Positions 23,926 to 33,741 of a stretch of 36,527 bases of DNA are shown here, one piece after another. The notes under the pieces are model-generated. The model made no database searches and had not been told where the DNA came from. It worked only from the letters and a program-made list of their open reading frames with translations. The DNA comes from a virus (Duplodnaviria; Caudoviricetes). Every line of letters begins with the position of its first letter. Position 1 is the stretch's first letter. The stretch spans positions 1 through 36,527 of IMG/VR virus record IMGVR_UViG_3300005764_000039. One strand, written 5' to 3'. Position numbers and translations under genes: made by a program.

Positions 23926-24885
23926 GATCGCCGCCGGCCGCTGATCGGACTTTATTCGCTGTCGGGCCACGGCAAGACCTATTCCGCCCTGCTGCTCGCC
24001 CGCGGCCTGGTCGGCGCCGAGGGCAAGATCGCCATGATCGACACCGAGAACGGCCGCGGCAGCGACTATGTCGATGTCATCCCCGGCGGCTATCAGGTTC
24101 TCGACCTCGACGAGCCGTTCTCGCCGGCGCGCTATGGCGAGGCGATCGACGCCATGATCAAGCTCGGCCCCGACGTCGGCATCATCGATTCCATGTCGCA
24201 TGAATGGGAGGGCGTCGGCTCGGTGACGGCGATGGCGACCGACATCGAGATCAAGAGTGGCAAGTCGGGCTTGCACTGTTGGAAAGAACCAAAGATGCAG
24301 CATCTGCGGATGATGCTGAAGCTGCTCCGGGCGCCGTTTCCGGTCATCGTCTGCCTGCGGGCCAAGCGCAAGAGTCGCCAGCTCAAAGACGACAAAGGCA
24401 AGACGGTCATCGTCAAAGACGAATTCGCGACCCCAAAGCAGGATGGCGATTTTATTTTCGAAATGACCGCGCACGCCGAGATCATGGCCGACCATACCCT
24501 GCGCGTGACCAAGCTCGGGCATCCGGCGCTTGCCGAGGTCTTCAAGACCGGCGAGATGATCGGAATCGCGACCGGCGAGAAGCTCAGAGCCTGGACTCTC
24601 GGAGGAGCGAGCAGCGACCGGAATCTGGGGAGTTCGCAGCCGCCGCCCGCCGACAAGGGACGGGAGGAACCGACAAAGCCTCCCGCGGCGCCATCTTACC
24701 ATCCGGGCATGGCCAAGCTGCACAAGGATCTGGCCCGCGAGCTCGCCGACGCCGAGGATCCCACGGCCTGGTGGCGGCGCAAAAAGAAGCCGCTCGACCT
24801 GTTGAAGGCCCAGGCGCCCGGGCTCTGGGAAGAGCTGCGCCAGGTCGCGGCCGAGAAGAAGGCGAAAGGTAGTCTAGCGCTCTAG
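23896..24885 (+). CDS. AAA_24/Sak4-like ATPase (recombination)
   Basis: Walker A SLSGHGKT, IDTENGRG, PFSPARY, IIDSMSHEWEG, VIVCLRAK. Confidence 0.85.
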   Translation: MTMQFRPAKRDRRRPLIGLYSLSGHGKTYSALLLARGLVGAEGKIAMIDTENGRGSDYVDVIPGGYQVLDLDEPFSPARYGEAIDAMIKLGPDVGIIDSMSHEWEGVGSVTAMATDIEIKSGKSGLHCWKEPKMQHLRMMLKLLRAPFPVIVCLRAKRKSRQLKDDKGKTVIVKDEFATPKQDGDFIFEMTAHAEIMADHTLRVTKLGHPALAEVFKTGEMIGIATGEKLRAWTLGGASSDRNLGSSQPPPADKGREEPTKPPAAPSYHPGMAKLHKDLARELADAEDPTAWWRRKKKPLDLLKAQAPGLWEELRQVAAEKKAKGSLAL

Positions 24886-24900
24886 GAAAGGAGCTCGGAA

Positions 24901-25041
24901 ATGTGGATCTGGATCGCGGGCGTCGTCGGCCTGCTCGTCGCCCTCCTCGGCTTCATCACGGTGGTCGCCTATTTCGTCGCCCATGACAGCGAGATGGATG
25001 AGAACCTATGGAAAATCGATTCTTGGGAAAAGAAGGAATGA
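24901..25041 (+). CDS. Small single-pass membrane protein (46 aa)
   Basis: SD AAAGGAG; MWIWIAGVVGLLVALLGFITVVAYFVA followed by an acidic tail. Confidence 0.6.
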   Translation: MWIWIAGVVGLLVALLGFITVVAYFVAHDSEMDENLWKIDSWEKKE

Positions 25042-25295
25042 GGCCCGAGCGCGTGCGGCCGAGCGGCCCGGTCCTGAATGAGAATTATGATTATCTGCAG
25101 TTCAATCGCCGCTGGTATCGGGTGCCAAAGGCCGATCTCGAGCTCGATGTCATCAGCGAAGCTTATCCGCTGCCCAATGGCATCTGGCTCTGGCGCGGCG
25201 TCGGCCGCAACCAGCGCCGGCTGCGCCCGGTAATCAAGCAGATGTTTCGCGAGCTGCGCCTGCATCTCGAGGAGGCACGACGCCATGGGGAATAA
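25038..25295 (+). CDS. Hypothetical protein
   Basis: ATGA-coupled start. Confidence 0.55.
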   Translation: MRPERVRPSGPVLNENYDYLQFNRRWYRVPKADLELDVISEAYPLPNGIWLWRGVGRNQRRLRPVIKQMFRELRLHLEEARRHGE

Positions 25296-25497
25296 ATGCA
25301 CAGTCGAGCGCCGGCCTGGCTCGCCGTTCTACCAGGTCAGCGACGCGACGATGACGGTCGTCGAGTGCCCGTGCTGCCGCAAGGAGATGACGGAGACCGC
25401 GGCGCGTGCGCTGGCGAGCCATGTCGAGGACGGCTGGCGCGGAATGAGCTCGCTGCGCGAGTGGTCCGAATTCTGGGGCCAGATCTGGAATCCGTGA
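25285..25497 (+). CDS. Small protein with CPCC motif
   Basis: SD GAGGAGG; 70 aa. Confidence 0.6.
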   Translation: MGNKCTVERRPGSPFYQVSDATMTVVECPCCRKEMTETAARALASHVEDGWRGMSSLREWSEFWGQIWNP

Positions 25498-25515
25498 TCA
25501 GGCGCCCGGCGCCAT

Positions 25516-25692
25516 GAGGCCATCCTTGAAGCGTTCACTAATGCCGGGGGCGCCAAATACCTGGAGAGCATTGCCAGCAACCACCCAGCGGTGTTCTGCA
25601 CGCTGGTGGGCAAGGTACTGCCTACTAAACTTGAGAACGATCCTGACAATCCGGTGGGTGGGCTGACGATCATATGTCCTAAGCCTGACTAG
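25516..25692 (+). pseudogene. 5'-truncated small-terminase-like fragment
   Basis: EAILEAFTNAGGAKYLESIASNHPAVFCTLVGKVLPTK...* resembles proteins preceding PBSX-type TerL. No start codon after the in-frame TGA at 25495-25497. Confidence 0.55.
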
Positions 25693-25883
25693 TCGAGGCG
25701 CAGGATACCGGGTCCGTGGCGGTGGATGAGGGCCATTAGGATCTGGACGGGCATAGGGATTGCTCTGTCGCCAGCCTCGTAGCGGCGGACTACTCGGCCA
25801 GAGGATAGGCCGAGAATGCGAGCGAGGGCCTCGGCTGAAAGGCCCTCGTCGTTGCGGATCTCGCGGAAGTAGGAGGGGGTCAC
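25689..25883 (-). CDS. XRE-family HTH protein
   Basis: FREIR...GLSAEALARILG...VRRYEAGDRAIP. Confidence 0.85.
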   Translation of the reverse strand: MTPSYFREIRNDEGLSAEALARILGLSSGRVVRRYEAGDRAIPMPVQILMALIHRHGPGILRLD

Positions 25884-26032
25884 TTGGACCCCCGTTCTAG
25901 ATTCCTCGCTACCCGGCGGGCCTCGCCCTCTGTCTCGTGGGCGGATACATCCCGCTTGCTCACCGTGTCAACGATCCTCCAATCGAGGCCCGATCCGTAC
26001 CGCTTTTCGAACTTTTCTACTTGGAACCTCAT
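25880..26032 (-). CDS. 50-aa hypothetical protein
   Basis: Not in the ORF track. SD GGAGG; MRFQVEKFEKRYGSGLDWRIVDTVSKRDVSAHETEGEARRVARNLERGSK; GTGA overlap with the HTH gene. Confidence 0.7.
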   Translation of the reverse strand: MRFQVEKFEKRYGSGLDWRIVDTVSKRDVSAHETEGEARRVARNLERGSK

Positions 26033-26057
26033 GGCTTCCTCCGTTGTTGATGACTAG

Positions 26058-26086
26058 AATATAGGGCCAATGGTCCTAGTGTGCAA
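26058..26086 (-). promoter_or_regulatory. Sigma70 promoter with operator-like palindrome in the spacer
   Basis: TTGCAC-N17-TATATT; palindrome TAGGACCA-T-TGGCCCTA at 26078-26062. Confidence 0.7.
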
Positions 26087-26117
26087 TAGGAAAATGTGAA
26101 ATTTTCTTGCTTTTTTC

Positions 26118-26855
26118 ATGCTGACATACGAGGCCCGGCCCCAGTTCCGGGCGTTCCACCACAGGAAGCAGCGCTTTGCCATTGGCGTGGCCCACAGGCG
26201 CGCTGGGAAGACCGTAGCGTGTGTTGTGGATCTGTTGTGGCGGGCTATGCAGTGCCAGCTTCCAAGGCCGCGCTACGCCTATCTGGCGCCCTTGTATAGC
26301 CAGGCCAAGTCGGTGGCATGGGATTACCTGAAGACCTATGGCGAGGCCATCGGAGGCAAGGCGTATGAGTATGAACTCCGAATGGATCTCCCCGGTGATC
26401 GTAGGGTACGGCTATACGGGGCAGACAACCCCGACGCGCTTCGTGGCCAGTACTGGGACGGGGTGGTGCTGGATGAGTACGCCCAGATGCGTCCCTCTGT
26501 CTGGCCTGAGATTATACGCCCTGCGCTGGCTGACCGCGAGGGATGCGCCACTTTTATTGGGACGCCTCGAGGACATAACGACTTCTATAAGCGTTACCAG
26601 GAAGCCCTAGGTTTCCCCGACGAGTGGTTCAGCTTCCTACTGAAGGCGAGTGAGACAAAGCTCCTGAAGGAAGCCGAGCTAGAGGCTGCTGCGAGGGTAA
26701 TGACCCCGGAGCAGTACCAGCAGGAGTTCGAGTGCAGCTTTGAGGCGGCGATCCTCGGCGCCTATTACGGCCCGCTGATGGCCAAGGCTGAGGAGGAGGG
26801 CAGGGTAACGGATCTGCCGCGCTCCATCGCCTCGAGGCGGGCCGTCAGCTCCTGA
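26118..26855 (+). pseudogene. terL: PBSX-type large terminase, ATPase domain only (3'-truncated near 26820)
   Basis: HRRAGKT, LRGQYWDGVVLDEYAQM, FIGTPRG and QEFECSF, then 11 aa read from the fibre antisense strand. No nuclease domain. Confidence 0.85.
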
Positions 26856-29800
26856 ATCGCCCCGGTCAGGAGCGCCAGGTAGTTGTTCTGGTCGATCTGC
26901 CAGATCTGGCCCAGTGTGTCCTCCGTCTCGCCGCCGCGGATGATGCCCTCTGGCAAGAGCTTCCCTACCTCTTGGGCAATTAAGCCGATCCGCTTCAGGG
27001 GAGCGTCCGGTGCTGCCCGTAGGGTCCGCGGATCAGCATCAGCTTTCTTCGGCGGCTTCCACCCTGGCAGTGTGTATTCGTCCCTTGGCACTGCTTCGAG
27101 ATCATCAGGGAACTCTTTCCACCGATACTCATAGAGCGGCATCTTCAGGATCGTCGGCAGGCATTCGAAGGTCGAGGGTCTAACATCGTCCTTGAGCCGG
27201 ATGTCGGAGCCGTTGCCAATGGCATAGTTGACGGCGCCGTCGATGCTGATGGTAGCGAGGCCACTGACAACGTTTGACCAGCCAATACCGAACAAGTTGG
27301 CGGTCGTATATCCACCTGTCATGTTGCCGAAGCGGATACCCGTGCGAGCAGTATTTGCCATATCATTGCCGTGCTGCCACCACCAGTCGTTGGCGTAGTT
27401 GCCGTTGATGTCGGATTTGGCGGTGTAGCAGTTCGTGCTCGAACCGGAGGCCATGATCCCGATGCCGACATTGGCCGCAGCAGCGCTGTTGAAGGTGGCG
27501 ACGAGGGTCGAGCCGGCGGGATTACTGCTGGCAACGAGATGGCCGGTGGTCACCCTGGCGAGGGTGGAAGTGAGTTGCAGCGTTGCCACACCGGCGCCTA
27601 CGCAGTTCAGCGTGTTGCTCGTGACGCAGAAGCCGTACTGATTTGTACCCCACAGGTTGATGCCACTAGAGAGGTCGGTGGGCGAGGCTGCAACGACCGA
27701 GCCGAAGCGGAGGCCCCCGACGATGTTGCCATTGACGGTTAGGCTCTGGGCCAGCGTCACGAGCCCGGAAGAGCGGTTGATCGTCAGCGGGCTGTCGATG
27801 TAGGCGCCGGCATCGCTGTAGCGCTGGATAGCAAAGTCGCTGCCGGCGTTGCTGCCGGCCTCGGCCGTGTTGTTGCCCAGAGCTATCAGCCAGCGCTGGC
27901 TATAGCTGGAAGGCGTGCCGGTGAAACTGCTGATGTTGCGATTGCTGCCGGCGGACGCGAAGAGATTGACGTTGATGCCGGCGCCGGAATTGCTGAAGCG
28001 AGCCGCTGCACCCGTGTAATCGAGAATGCCGGTCGCGCGGTTGATCGAGAGCGGACTGTCGATCATGGCACCGGCATCGCTGTAACGGGTGATGGCGAAG
28101 TCGCTGCCGACATTGCCGGTACTCTCGGCGGCATTGCCCGCGCCCTCCTGCCAGCGCGGATTGACGCCCGTGTAATAGGTGACGGCGCGCGTGTAGCCGG
28201 CGGCCGAGGCGAGATTGATGTTGACGTTAGCGGCAAGAGCCGAGCCGCCGGACGAGAGGCTGCCGGTCGCGGAGGTAATCGCGTTCGCCGTGAGGTTGCC
28301 CGGCCCCGCCAGCGTGCCGCCGGTCAGCGGCAGGTAGTTGTTGTCGACATATTGCTTGGTCGCCGCACCGAGCGCCGTAGCCGGATCGGCGTTAAGGATG
28401 AGCGCGCCCGTCATCGTGTCGCCCGCGAGAGCGACCGTCGTGTTATCGATATACTGCTTGGTCGCGATGCCGAGCGCGGCCGTCGGGTCGGCGGTCACCG
28501 TCGCCAACCCGGTGGCACGGGTGATCGTCAGCGCCTGGCCGAGCAAAGTGCCGCTGTCGTCGTAGCGCGAGATCTGGAAGTCGCTGCCGGCGTTGGCACC
28601 GCCTTCAGCGACGCTGTTGGTCTGGACGACCCAACGCGCCGTGCTGCCCGAGAGCATCTGGATGGACCGCACGGTCCCGGCGACAGCCTGGAGATAAATG
28701 TTGGCATTGGCGGCGAGGGCTGGTGCTCCGACTGTCAGTTGGCCGGGCGCCATCCGCACGCTGGCGTTGGAGCGGATGATCTGGATCGGCGTGCCGATGA
28801 GGGTGCCGGTGTCGCTGTAGGCGTTGATGTTGTAATTGCTGCCGGCGTTCGAACCGCTTTCGGCGCTGCCATCGACATAGGTGACGAACCGCGTCGAGCC
28901 AGCGGTGTAGAACCAGAGCCCCCGGTTGTTGCCGGCGACGGTGTTGAGCGTGATCGACGCTGCCGCCGCTGTCGTGGACGTGCCGATGGTGAGATTGCCC
29001 GTGAAAGCTACGGCAGCGCTGGAGCGTGTGATCGTGAAGCAGTTGTCGATGAGGGTGCCGGTGTCGTCGTAGCGGCTGAGAATGAGGTTCGAGCCCGCGT
29101 TGCTTCCGCTCTCGGCGGCGGTGTTGCCTAGGACGAAGTTCCAACGTAGCGAGCCGCTCGTCCTGCTGGAGATGTAGCGGGTGTTCGCCGCCACCGTGTT
29201 GTCGAAGAAGAGCGGCGCGCTGGCGGTCAGGTTGCCCGCCGAGATGGCGAGCGCCTTGGTCGCGCCGCCGTAGAACGAGTGCGTGCCAGCGTTGTAGTTC
29301 AGGTTTCCCGAGGTGACGCAGAAGCCGTAAGTGGTCCCCCAGAGCGCAAGATGCCTGGAGAGATCCTGCGCGCCACCGGGAGCGAGAACGCTGCCGAAGG
29401 CCGCCCCGCCGGTCATCGTGAGGCCGGTGAAAGTCGGCGTGTTGATCCATGCCAGAGCCTGGCGCGCATAAGACGTCGTATCGTTTGGCGCGTCACCGAT
29501 TCCGGTTGCCGCCCCGGTCGGCCCGATCGGACCCGTCGGGCCTGTCGGCCCGGGAACGCTCGAAGCCGCGCCCACCGCGCCGGTCGCCCCCGTCGGCCCA
29601 GTCGGACCCGGGACGCTCGAGGCCGCGCCGACGGCGCCTGTTGCGCCTGTTGTGCCGGTCGGACCGGTCGGCCCGATGATGCCCTGACTCCCCTGCGCGC
29701 CGACGGCGCCGGTAGCACCCGTCGGGCCAGTCGGGCCGATGACCCCTTGGATCCCCTGCGCACCGGCGGCCCCGGTTGCCCCGGTTGCCCCGGTGGGGCC

Positions 29801-30493
29801 GACGGCGCCTTGGATTCCTTGCGCGCCGACAGCACCCGTGGCGCCGGTCAGGCCGGTCGGCCCGAGCTTGCCCGTGAGATCGACGTTCCAGGCCGTATTA
29901 GCGCCGCTGCCGGCAAAGCTCGTCGCGTTGAGCGTGATGCTTGTCCCGGCGATCGCCGTGACGTTGCCGGTGATCCAGCGCGTCGTCGGGCTGGCCGTGT
30001 CGCTCAGCAGCAGCAGCGAGCCGACGGCAATGCCGGTCATGGCCGCGGCCGTCGTCAGGGTCATCGAACCGGTGCCAGGCGTCAGGCTCGTCGCGCTCGT
30101 CGAGTTGATGATCGGCGTCAGACCGATCGGCCCGACAGCGCCGGTTGCACCCGTCGGACCGGTCGGGCCTGGAACGCTCGAAGCGGCACCCGCCGCACCC
30201 GTGGCGCCGGTCGGGCCAGTCGGACCCGGAACGCTCGAGGCCGCGCCGATCGGACCGGTTGCCCCCGTCGGCCCGATCGCGCCGGTCGGCCCTATCGGGC
30301 CAGGGACGCTCGAGGCCGCGCCCTGCATCCCGGTCGGACCGGTCGGCCCGAGCAGGCCCTGCGCGCCGGTTGGCCCCGTCGGCCCGAGGCTGCCGAGCGT
30401 GCTCGGCTTCCATTTCGCACCGTCCCATGTCCAGATAGAACCGGCGGCGCTGAAGCTCTGGCCGACCGTCGGGCTGTTCGGGAAGTCGAGCAT
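26765..30493 (-). CDS. Tail fibre: collagen-like repeats, five AESGSNAGS units, C-terminal S74 chaperone
   Basis: G-X-Y tracts; repeated RW..AE.G.N.GS.F.I.RY.D.G units; SDIRLK...IGLIAQEV...[10 protein letters not shown]. Confidence 0.88.
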   Translation of the reverse strand: MLDFPNSPTVGQSFSAAGSIWTWDGAKWKPSTLGSLGPTGPTGAQGLLGPTGPTGMQGAASSVPGPIGPTGAIGPTGATGPIGAASSVPGPTGPTGATGAAGAASSVPGPTGPTGATGAVGPIGLTPIINSTSATSLTPGTGSMTLTTAAAMTGIAVGSLLLLSDTASPTTRWITGNVTAIAGTSITLNATSFAGSGANTAWNVDLTGKLGPTGLTGATGAVGAQGIQGAVGPTGATGATGAAGAQGIQGVIGPTGPTGATGAVGAQGSQGIIGPTGPTGTTGATGAVGAASSVPGPTGPTGATGAVGAASSVPGPTGPTGPIGPTGAATGIGDAPNDTTSYARQALAWINTPTFTGLTMTGGAAFGSVLAPGGAQDLSRHLALWGTTYGFCVTSGNLNYNAGTHSFYGGATKALAISAGNLTASAPLFFDNTVAANTRYISSRTSGSLRWNFVLGNTAAESGSNAGSNLILSRYDDTGTLIDNCFTITRSSAAVAFTGNLTIGTSTTAAAASITLNTVAGNNRGLWFYTAGSTRFVTYVDGSAESGSNAGSNYNINAYSDTGTLIGTPIQIIRSNASVRMAPGQLTVGAPALAANANIYLQAVAGTVRSIQMLSGSTARWVVQTNSVAEGGANAGSDFQISRYDDSGTLLGQALTITRATGLATVTADPTAALGIATKQYIDNTTVALAGDTMTGALILNADPATALGAATKQYVDNNYLPLTGGTLAGPGNLTANAITSATGSLSSGGSALAANVNINLASAAGYTRAVTYYTGVNPRWQEGAGNAAESTGNVGSDFAITRYSDAGAMIDSPLSINRATGILDYTGAAARFSNSGAGINVNLFASAGSNRNISSFTGTPSSYSQRWLIALGNNTAEAGSNAGSDFAIQRYSDAGAYIDSPLTINRSSGLVTLAQSLTVNGNIVGGLRFGSVVAASPTDLSSGINLWGTNQYGFCVTSNTLNCVGAGVATLQLTSTLARVTTGHLVASSNPAGSTLVATFNSAAAANVGIGIMASGSSTNCYTAKSDINGNYANDWWWQHGNDMANTARTGIRFGNMTGGYTTANLFGIGWSNVVSGLATISIDGAVNYAIGNGSDIRLKDDVRPSTFECLPTILKMPLYEYRWKEFPDDLEAVPRDEYTLPGWKPPKKADADPRTLRAAPDAPLKRIGLIAQEVGKLLPEGIIRGGETEDTLGQIWQIDQNNYLALLTGAIQELTARLEAMERGRSVTLPSSSALAISGP

Positions 30494-33036
30494 CAGCGGG
30501 CCTCCTCGAGGCGCTCGAGGCGGACGCGGAAGACGTCGTTTTCGGCCTTGAGCTGCTGCACCGCGCCGACCAGGCGCGCGATCATCGGCATGACATCGAG
30601 CGCCAGGCGCATCATCGGCTCGTCGTCGCCGGCCTGGCGCATGTCGATCTCGTTGACGGCCTCGGGAATAAAGCGCTGCACGTTCTGAGCGCTGAATCCG
30701 TAATCGAAATGCAGACGGCGATCGCCGTCGTAATCGCGCATCGGCATGTCGTAGCTGATGAGCCGAAGCTTGGTGAGCTCGGCCAGGGCGTCGCCGCGGG
30801 CATCGAGGATGTTCTGTTTCAGGCGCTCGTCGCAGGCGTTGTTGAACGTCCAGCTCCCGGTCGATCCGCCGAGCGCATAGAAGACCAGGCTCAGGCCCGA
30901 ATTGTTGAAGCCGATGGTATGGGCGCCGAGGTTCGCGTAGTTGCAGCCGTTATAGAGCGTGACGAAGCCGCTGCCGCACTGGATGGCACCGTTCTGCGTG
31001 TACCAGGTGCCGGCGGTGTCGATGATCATCCTGACGGCGCCGGCCGAATTGTCGGTGATATAGAATTGCGAATTGCTCATCGAGCCGATGTACCACTGGC
31101 GCTGGCCCGCGGCGGTCAGATACAGGATCGCATTGGCGCCGGCCGCGACACTGCACTGCAAGCTGCTGCTGGCGATGATCGTCGTGCCGTTGATCTGGTT
31201 GCTGGAGAAATTGCCGTTGGCCGTCAGGTTGCTGGCGAAGACCGCCGCCTGGGAGGTGATATTGAGCTGGAGATACCAGTAAGGGCTGATATAGGCGCCG
31301 GCGCCATCCATCCGGGCAAGGTAGAGGTAGCCGCCGCCGCCGACGAACATGCCAGCAGCGAGCGCTTGCGTCGTGTCCCATACCGTGACCGAGGGCTGCC
31401 CGGCGGTCGTGGTCTGGGCCAGAATGCGACCCTGCGTGCAGAGGAACTGGCCCGACGAGCTGATGGCGGCGCAGCTCAGACCAGCCAGAGCAGATGCGCC
31501 GCTGACGTTCAGCGTGCTGTTGCAGGTCAGCGCACCCCCCGAGATCAGGCCGTTATAGATCGTCCATATGCCGTTGTTCTGGTCGATGGCGAGCGCCTGC
31601 ACCGCGCGGGTCGCGTCGTCGATGCGAAAGTTGCCGCCGCCGCCGCCGCCGATCGTCCAGGTATGGACGCCGCTCACGGTATAGGTCGTATAGGCCGAGA
31701 TTCCTGACGCTGTCGTCGCGCCGAGCCCGGTCGATGAGGTGACCTGGCCAGTGAAGGCGGCAGCGCCGGTCGAGCGCGTCAGAATGAACGGCGTGGCGAG
31801 CAGCGCCCCGCTGTCGCTATAGGAATTGATGCAGAGATCGGATCCGGCGTTCGAGCCGCTCTCGGCGGCGCCGTTCATGTAGAAGACCCAGCGATTCGAT
31901 CCCGAGGTCTGGAACCAGAGAGTCCGCGACGTCGCGACCGGGCCGCTGATGTTGAGCTGCGGCACGACCAGCGCCCCGGTCATGGTGCCGCCGCTAAGAT
32001 TGAGCTTCGTCGTGTCGGTCGGGTGAACGTGATCCTCGCGCGTGTAGTTCGTGCTCGTGCCCGGCGCCGCGGCGCCGTCCATGTGGGGATTGATGATCGA
32101 GGCCGGCGGCATCGGCCCCGCTGCCCCGGTGGCGCCCGGCAGACCCTGCGGACCCGCCACGCCCTGCGGGCCGGTCGGCCCAAGCGGGCCGGCGCTGCCG
32201 GTCGGACCGAGCGGGCCGGTGGCGCCGATCGGGCCTTGGACGCCCGCCACGCCCTGCGGCCCGGCGCCGCTCGAGGCCGGCACCCATTGCTGCGACGTCG
32301 GGTCTTGATACCAGAGATAGAGCTGGCCCTCGGCGCTGGTGAACCAGAGATCCCCTGAATTCGGATTCGCCGGCGCGGTATCAGAAACCGTGACCGAGGC
32401 GCCGCCGGCGCCGCCGGTGCCAGGCGGGCCGGTCGGACCCGCCGGCCCAGACGGGCCTGCCGGACCGGTCGGACCCGCCGCGCCCTGGCTGCCCGGTGCG
32501 CCCTGGACGCCCTGCGCGCCCTGCGGCCCGGCCGGACCGGCGACGCCCTGGACGCCCTGCTGGCCCTGCGGCCCGGTTAAGCCGGCGGCCCCGGTCGGTC
32601 CGATATTGCCCTGGGGCCCAGCCGGGCCTGGCGCGCCCTGCAGGCCCTGAGCTCCCGTCGCCCCGGCAGCACCGGTCGGCCCCGGCACCGTCGAGGCCGC
32701 ACCCGTCGGCCCAGCCGGACCGGAGGCACCAGGCGGCCCGGTCGGACCGGCAGGCCCGGTCGGACCGCCCGCCGGACCCGCAGGCCCGGTCGGACCCGGC
32801 GGCCCGCCGAGAATCGCCGTGACATCGACGATGCTGGTATTCGGCGGCAGGACATCGATCGCCGGCACTTGGCCGCTGATGAGCTGCTCGTCGATCGCGC
32901 CCGGCAACAGCGACGTCAGCACGACATCGGCCTGCAGCACCGGCGGCCCGGTGACGATGCCCTCGCCGAGCGGCGGCGTCGGCCCGAGGACGACATCGAC
33001 GGCGAAGGTGTTGGGCGAAATCTGGACGTCCATCAC
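30493..33036 (-). CDS. Collagen-like fibre protein with C-terminal S74-like chaperone
   Basis: G-X-Y tracts; VSDTAP...GDLWF; REDHVHP; CDERLKQNI...GFSAQNV...PEAV...AVQQL. Confidence 0.88.
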   Translation of the reverse strand: MMDVQISPNTFAVDVVLGPTPPLGEGIVTGPPVLQADVVLTSLLPGAIDEQLISGQVPAIDVLPPNTSIVDVTAILGGPPGPTGPAGPAGGPTGPAGPTGPPGASGPAGPTGAASTVPGPTGAAGATGAQGLQGAPGPAGPQGNIGPTGAAGLTGPQGQQGVQGVAGPAGPQGAQGVQGAPGSQGAAGPTGPAGPSGPAGPTGPPGTGGAGGASVTVSDTAPANPNSGDLWFTSAEGQLYLWYQDPTSQQWVPASSGAGPQGVAGVQGPIGATGPLGPTGSAGPLGPTGPQGVAGPQGLPGATGAAGPMPPASIINPHMDGAAAPGTSTNYTREDHVHPTDTTKLNLSGGTMTGALVVPQLNISGPVATSRTLWFQTSGSNRWVFYMNGAAESGSNAGSDLCINSYSDSGALLATPFILTRSTGAAAFTGQVTSSTGLGATTASGISAYTTYTVSGVHTWTIGGGGGGNFRIDDATRAVQALAIDQNNGIWTIYNGLISGGALTCNSTLNVSGASALAGLSCAAISSSGQFLCTQGRILAQTTTAGQPSVTVWDTTQALAAGMFVGGGGYLYLARMDGAGAYISPYWYLQLNITSQAAVFASNLTANGNFSSNQINGTTIIASSSLQCSVAAGANAILYLTAAGQRQWYIGSMSNSQFYITDNSAGAVRMIIDTAGTWYTQNGAIQCGSGFVTLYNGCNYANLGAHTIGFNNSGLSLVFYALGGSTGSWTFNNACDERLKQNILDARGDALAELTKLRLISYDMPMRDYDGDRRLHFDYGFSAQNVQRFIPEAVNEIDMRQAGDDEPMMRLALDVMPMIARLVGAVQQLKAENDVFRVRLERLEEAR

Positions 33037-33437
33037 GCCGCCTGCTGCTTGCGCCAGGCGTCGTAACTCTCCTTTCGCTCGGCGACCGCGACCAGGGTTC
33101 CGGGCGTCGAATCCGTGACGTCGGCAGTGACGTTGACCGGCCCGGCGAGCGGTGTCACGACATCGCCGTTCGCATAGGTGAGCTGCAGATCCCAGACCGC
33201 GCTCGGCACCGGCAGCAATTTGGCCGAGGCCGCGGGAAGCGTCGCATTGATCGTGTTGGCGCTGATCGTCAGCGTCAGCGGGATGATGATCGTGCCGCCG
33301 GACTTGTCGCGGATCTCGCTCTTGGGCACGACCCCGGTCAGATCGGCCGGCTGCGTCTTGTCAACGTCGGCCCAGAAGGTGAACGAGAACTTGGCGGTGT
33401 CGCCGCGATAGAGATTCATCGCATAGAGGCTGGCCAT
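33033..33437 (-). CDS. Virion structural protein (BppU/DUF2479-like beta domain)
   Basis: LYRGDT...DLTG...EIR...WDLQLT...G.V.V..DVT pattern; SD GGAGGG before ATG 33437. Confidence 0.65.
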   Translation of the reverse strand: MASLYAMNLYRGDTAKFSFTFWADVDKTQPADLTGVVPKSEIRDKSGGTIIIPLTLTISANTINATLPAASAKLLPVPSAVWDLQLTYANGDVVTPLAGPVNVTADVTDSTPGTLVAVAERKESYDAWRKQQAA

Positions 33438-33522
33438 GGCCGCGCCCTCCCCGGGCAGGTTTCCCCTGGCCCGCCATGCTACACTCGCCGCCCCCTGTCC
33501 TACAAAGGAATGGAGGCCGACC

Positions 33523-33741
33523 ATGGCACAGACACCACCTATGGCGACCGGCGCCACCGGCACCCCGTCCGGCACGGCCGCACCAAAGGCCGCGGGCGAG
33601 CGCTATCCCGTCGATCCGCCGATCTCGGCCCATGCCGACGGCGTCACCGAGACCTGGGATACCGGCGGCAGCACCGGCGCCACCGGCGCCACCGGCGCCG
33701 CGGCGACCGCCACCATCGTCGCCGCTCAGGTGACGCGCTAG
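33523..33741 (+). CDS. Small Ala/Gly/Thr-rich protein antisense to the packaging operon
   Basis: SD GGAGG; upstream TG-N-TACACT; short GATGATGA collagen-like runs; its stop overlaps the TerL stop. Confidence 0.55.
   Translation: MAQTPPMATGATGTPSGTAAPKAAGERYPVDPPISAHADGVTETWDTGGSTGATGATGAAATATIVAAQVTR

Noticed and set aside
25285-25692. TGA read-through fusing the CPCC protein to the TerS-like fragment
   Set aside because: They share a frame, but that is a 1-in-3 chance, and the composition shift at ~25510 points to a recombination junction.
14130-26820. Single inversion bounded by the two head-on junctions
   Set aside because: A simple inversion would give one convergent and one divergent broken junction. 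Both are convergent, and no inverted repeats or invertase were seen.
26765-33036. Diversity-generating retroelement or shufflon acting on the fibres
   Set aside because: No reverse transcriptase, no adenine-specific TR/VR pair and no recombinase visible in the window.
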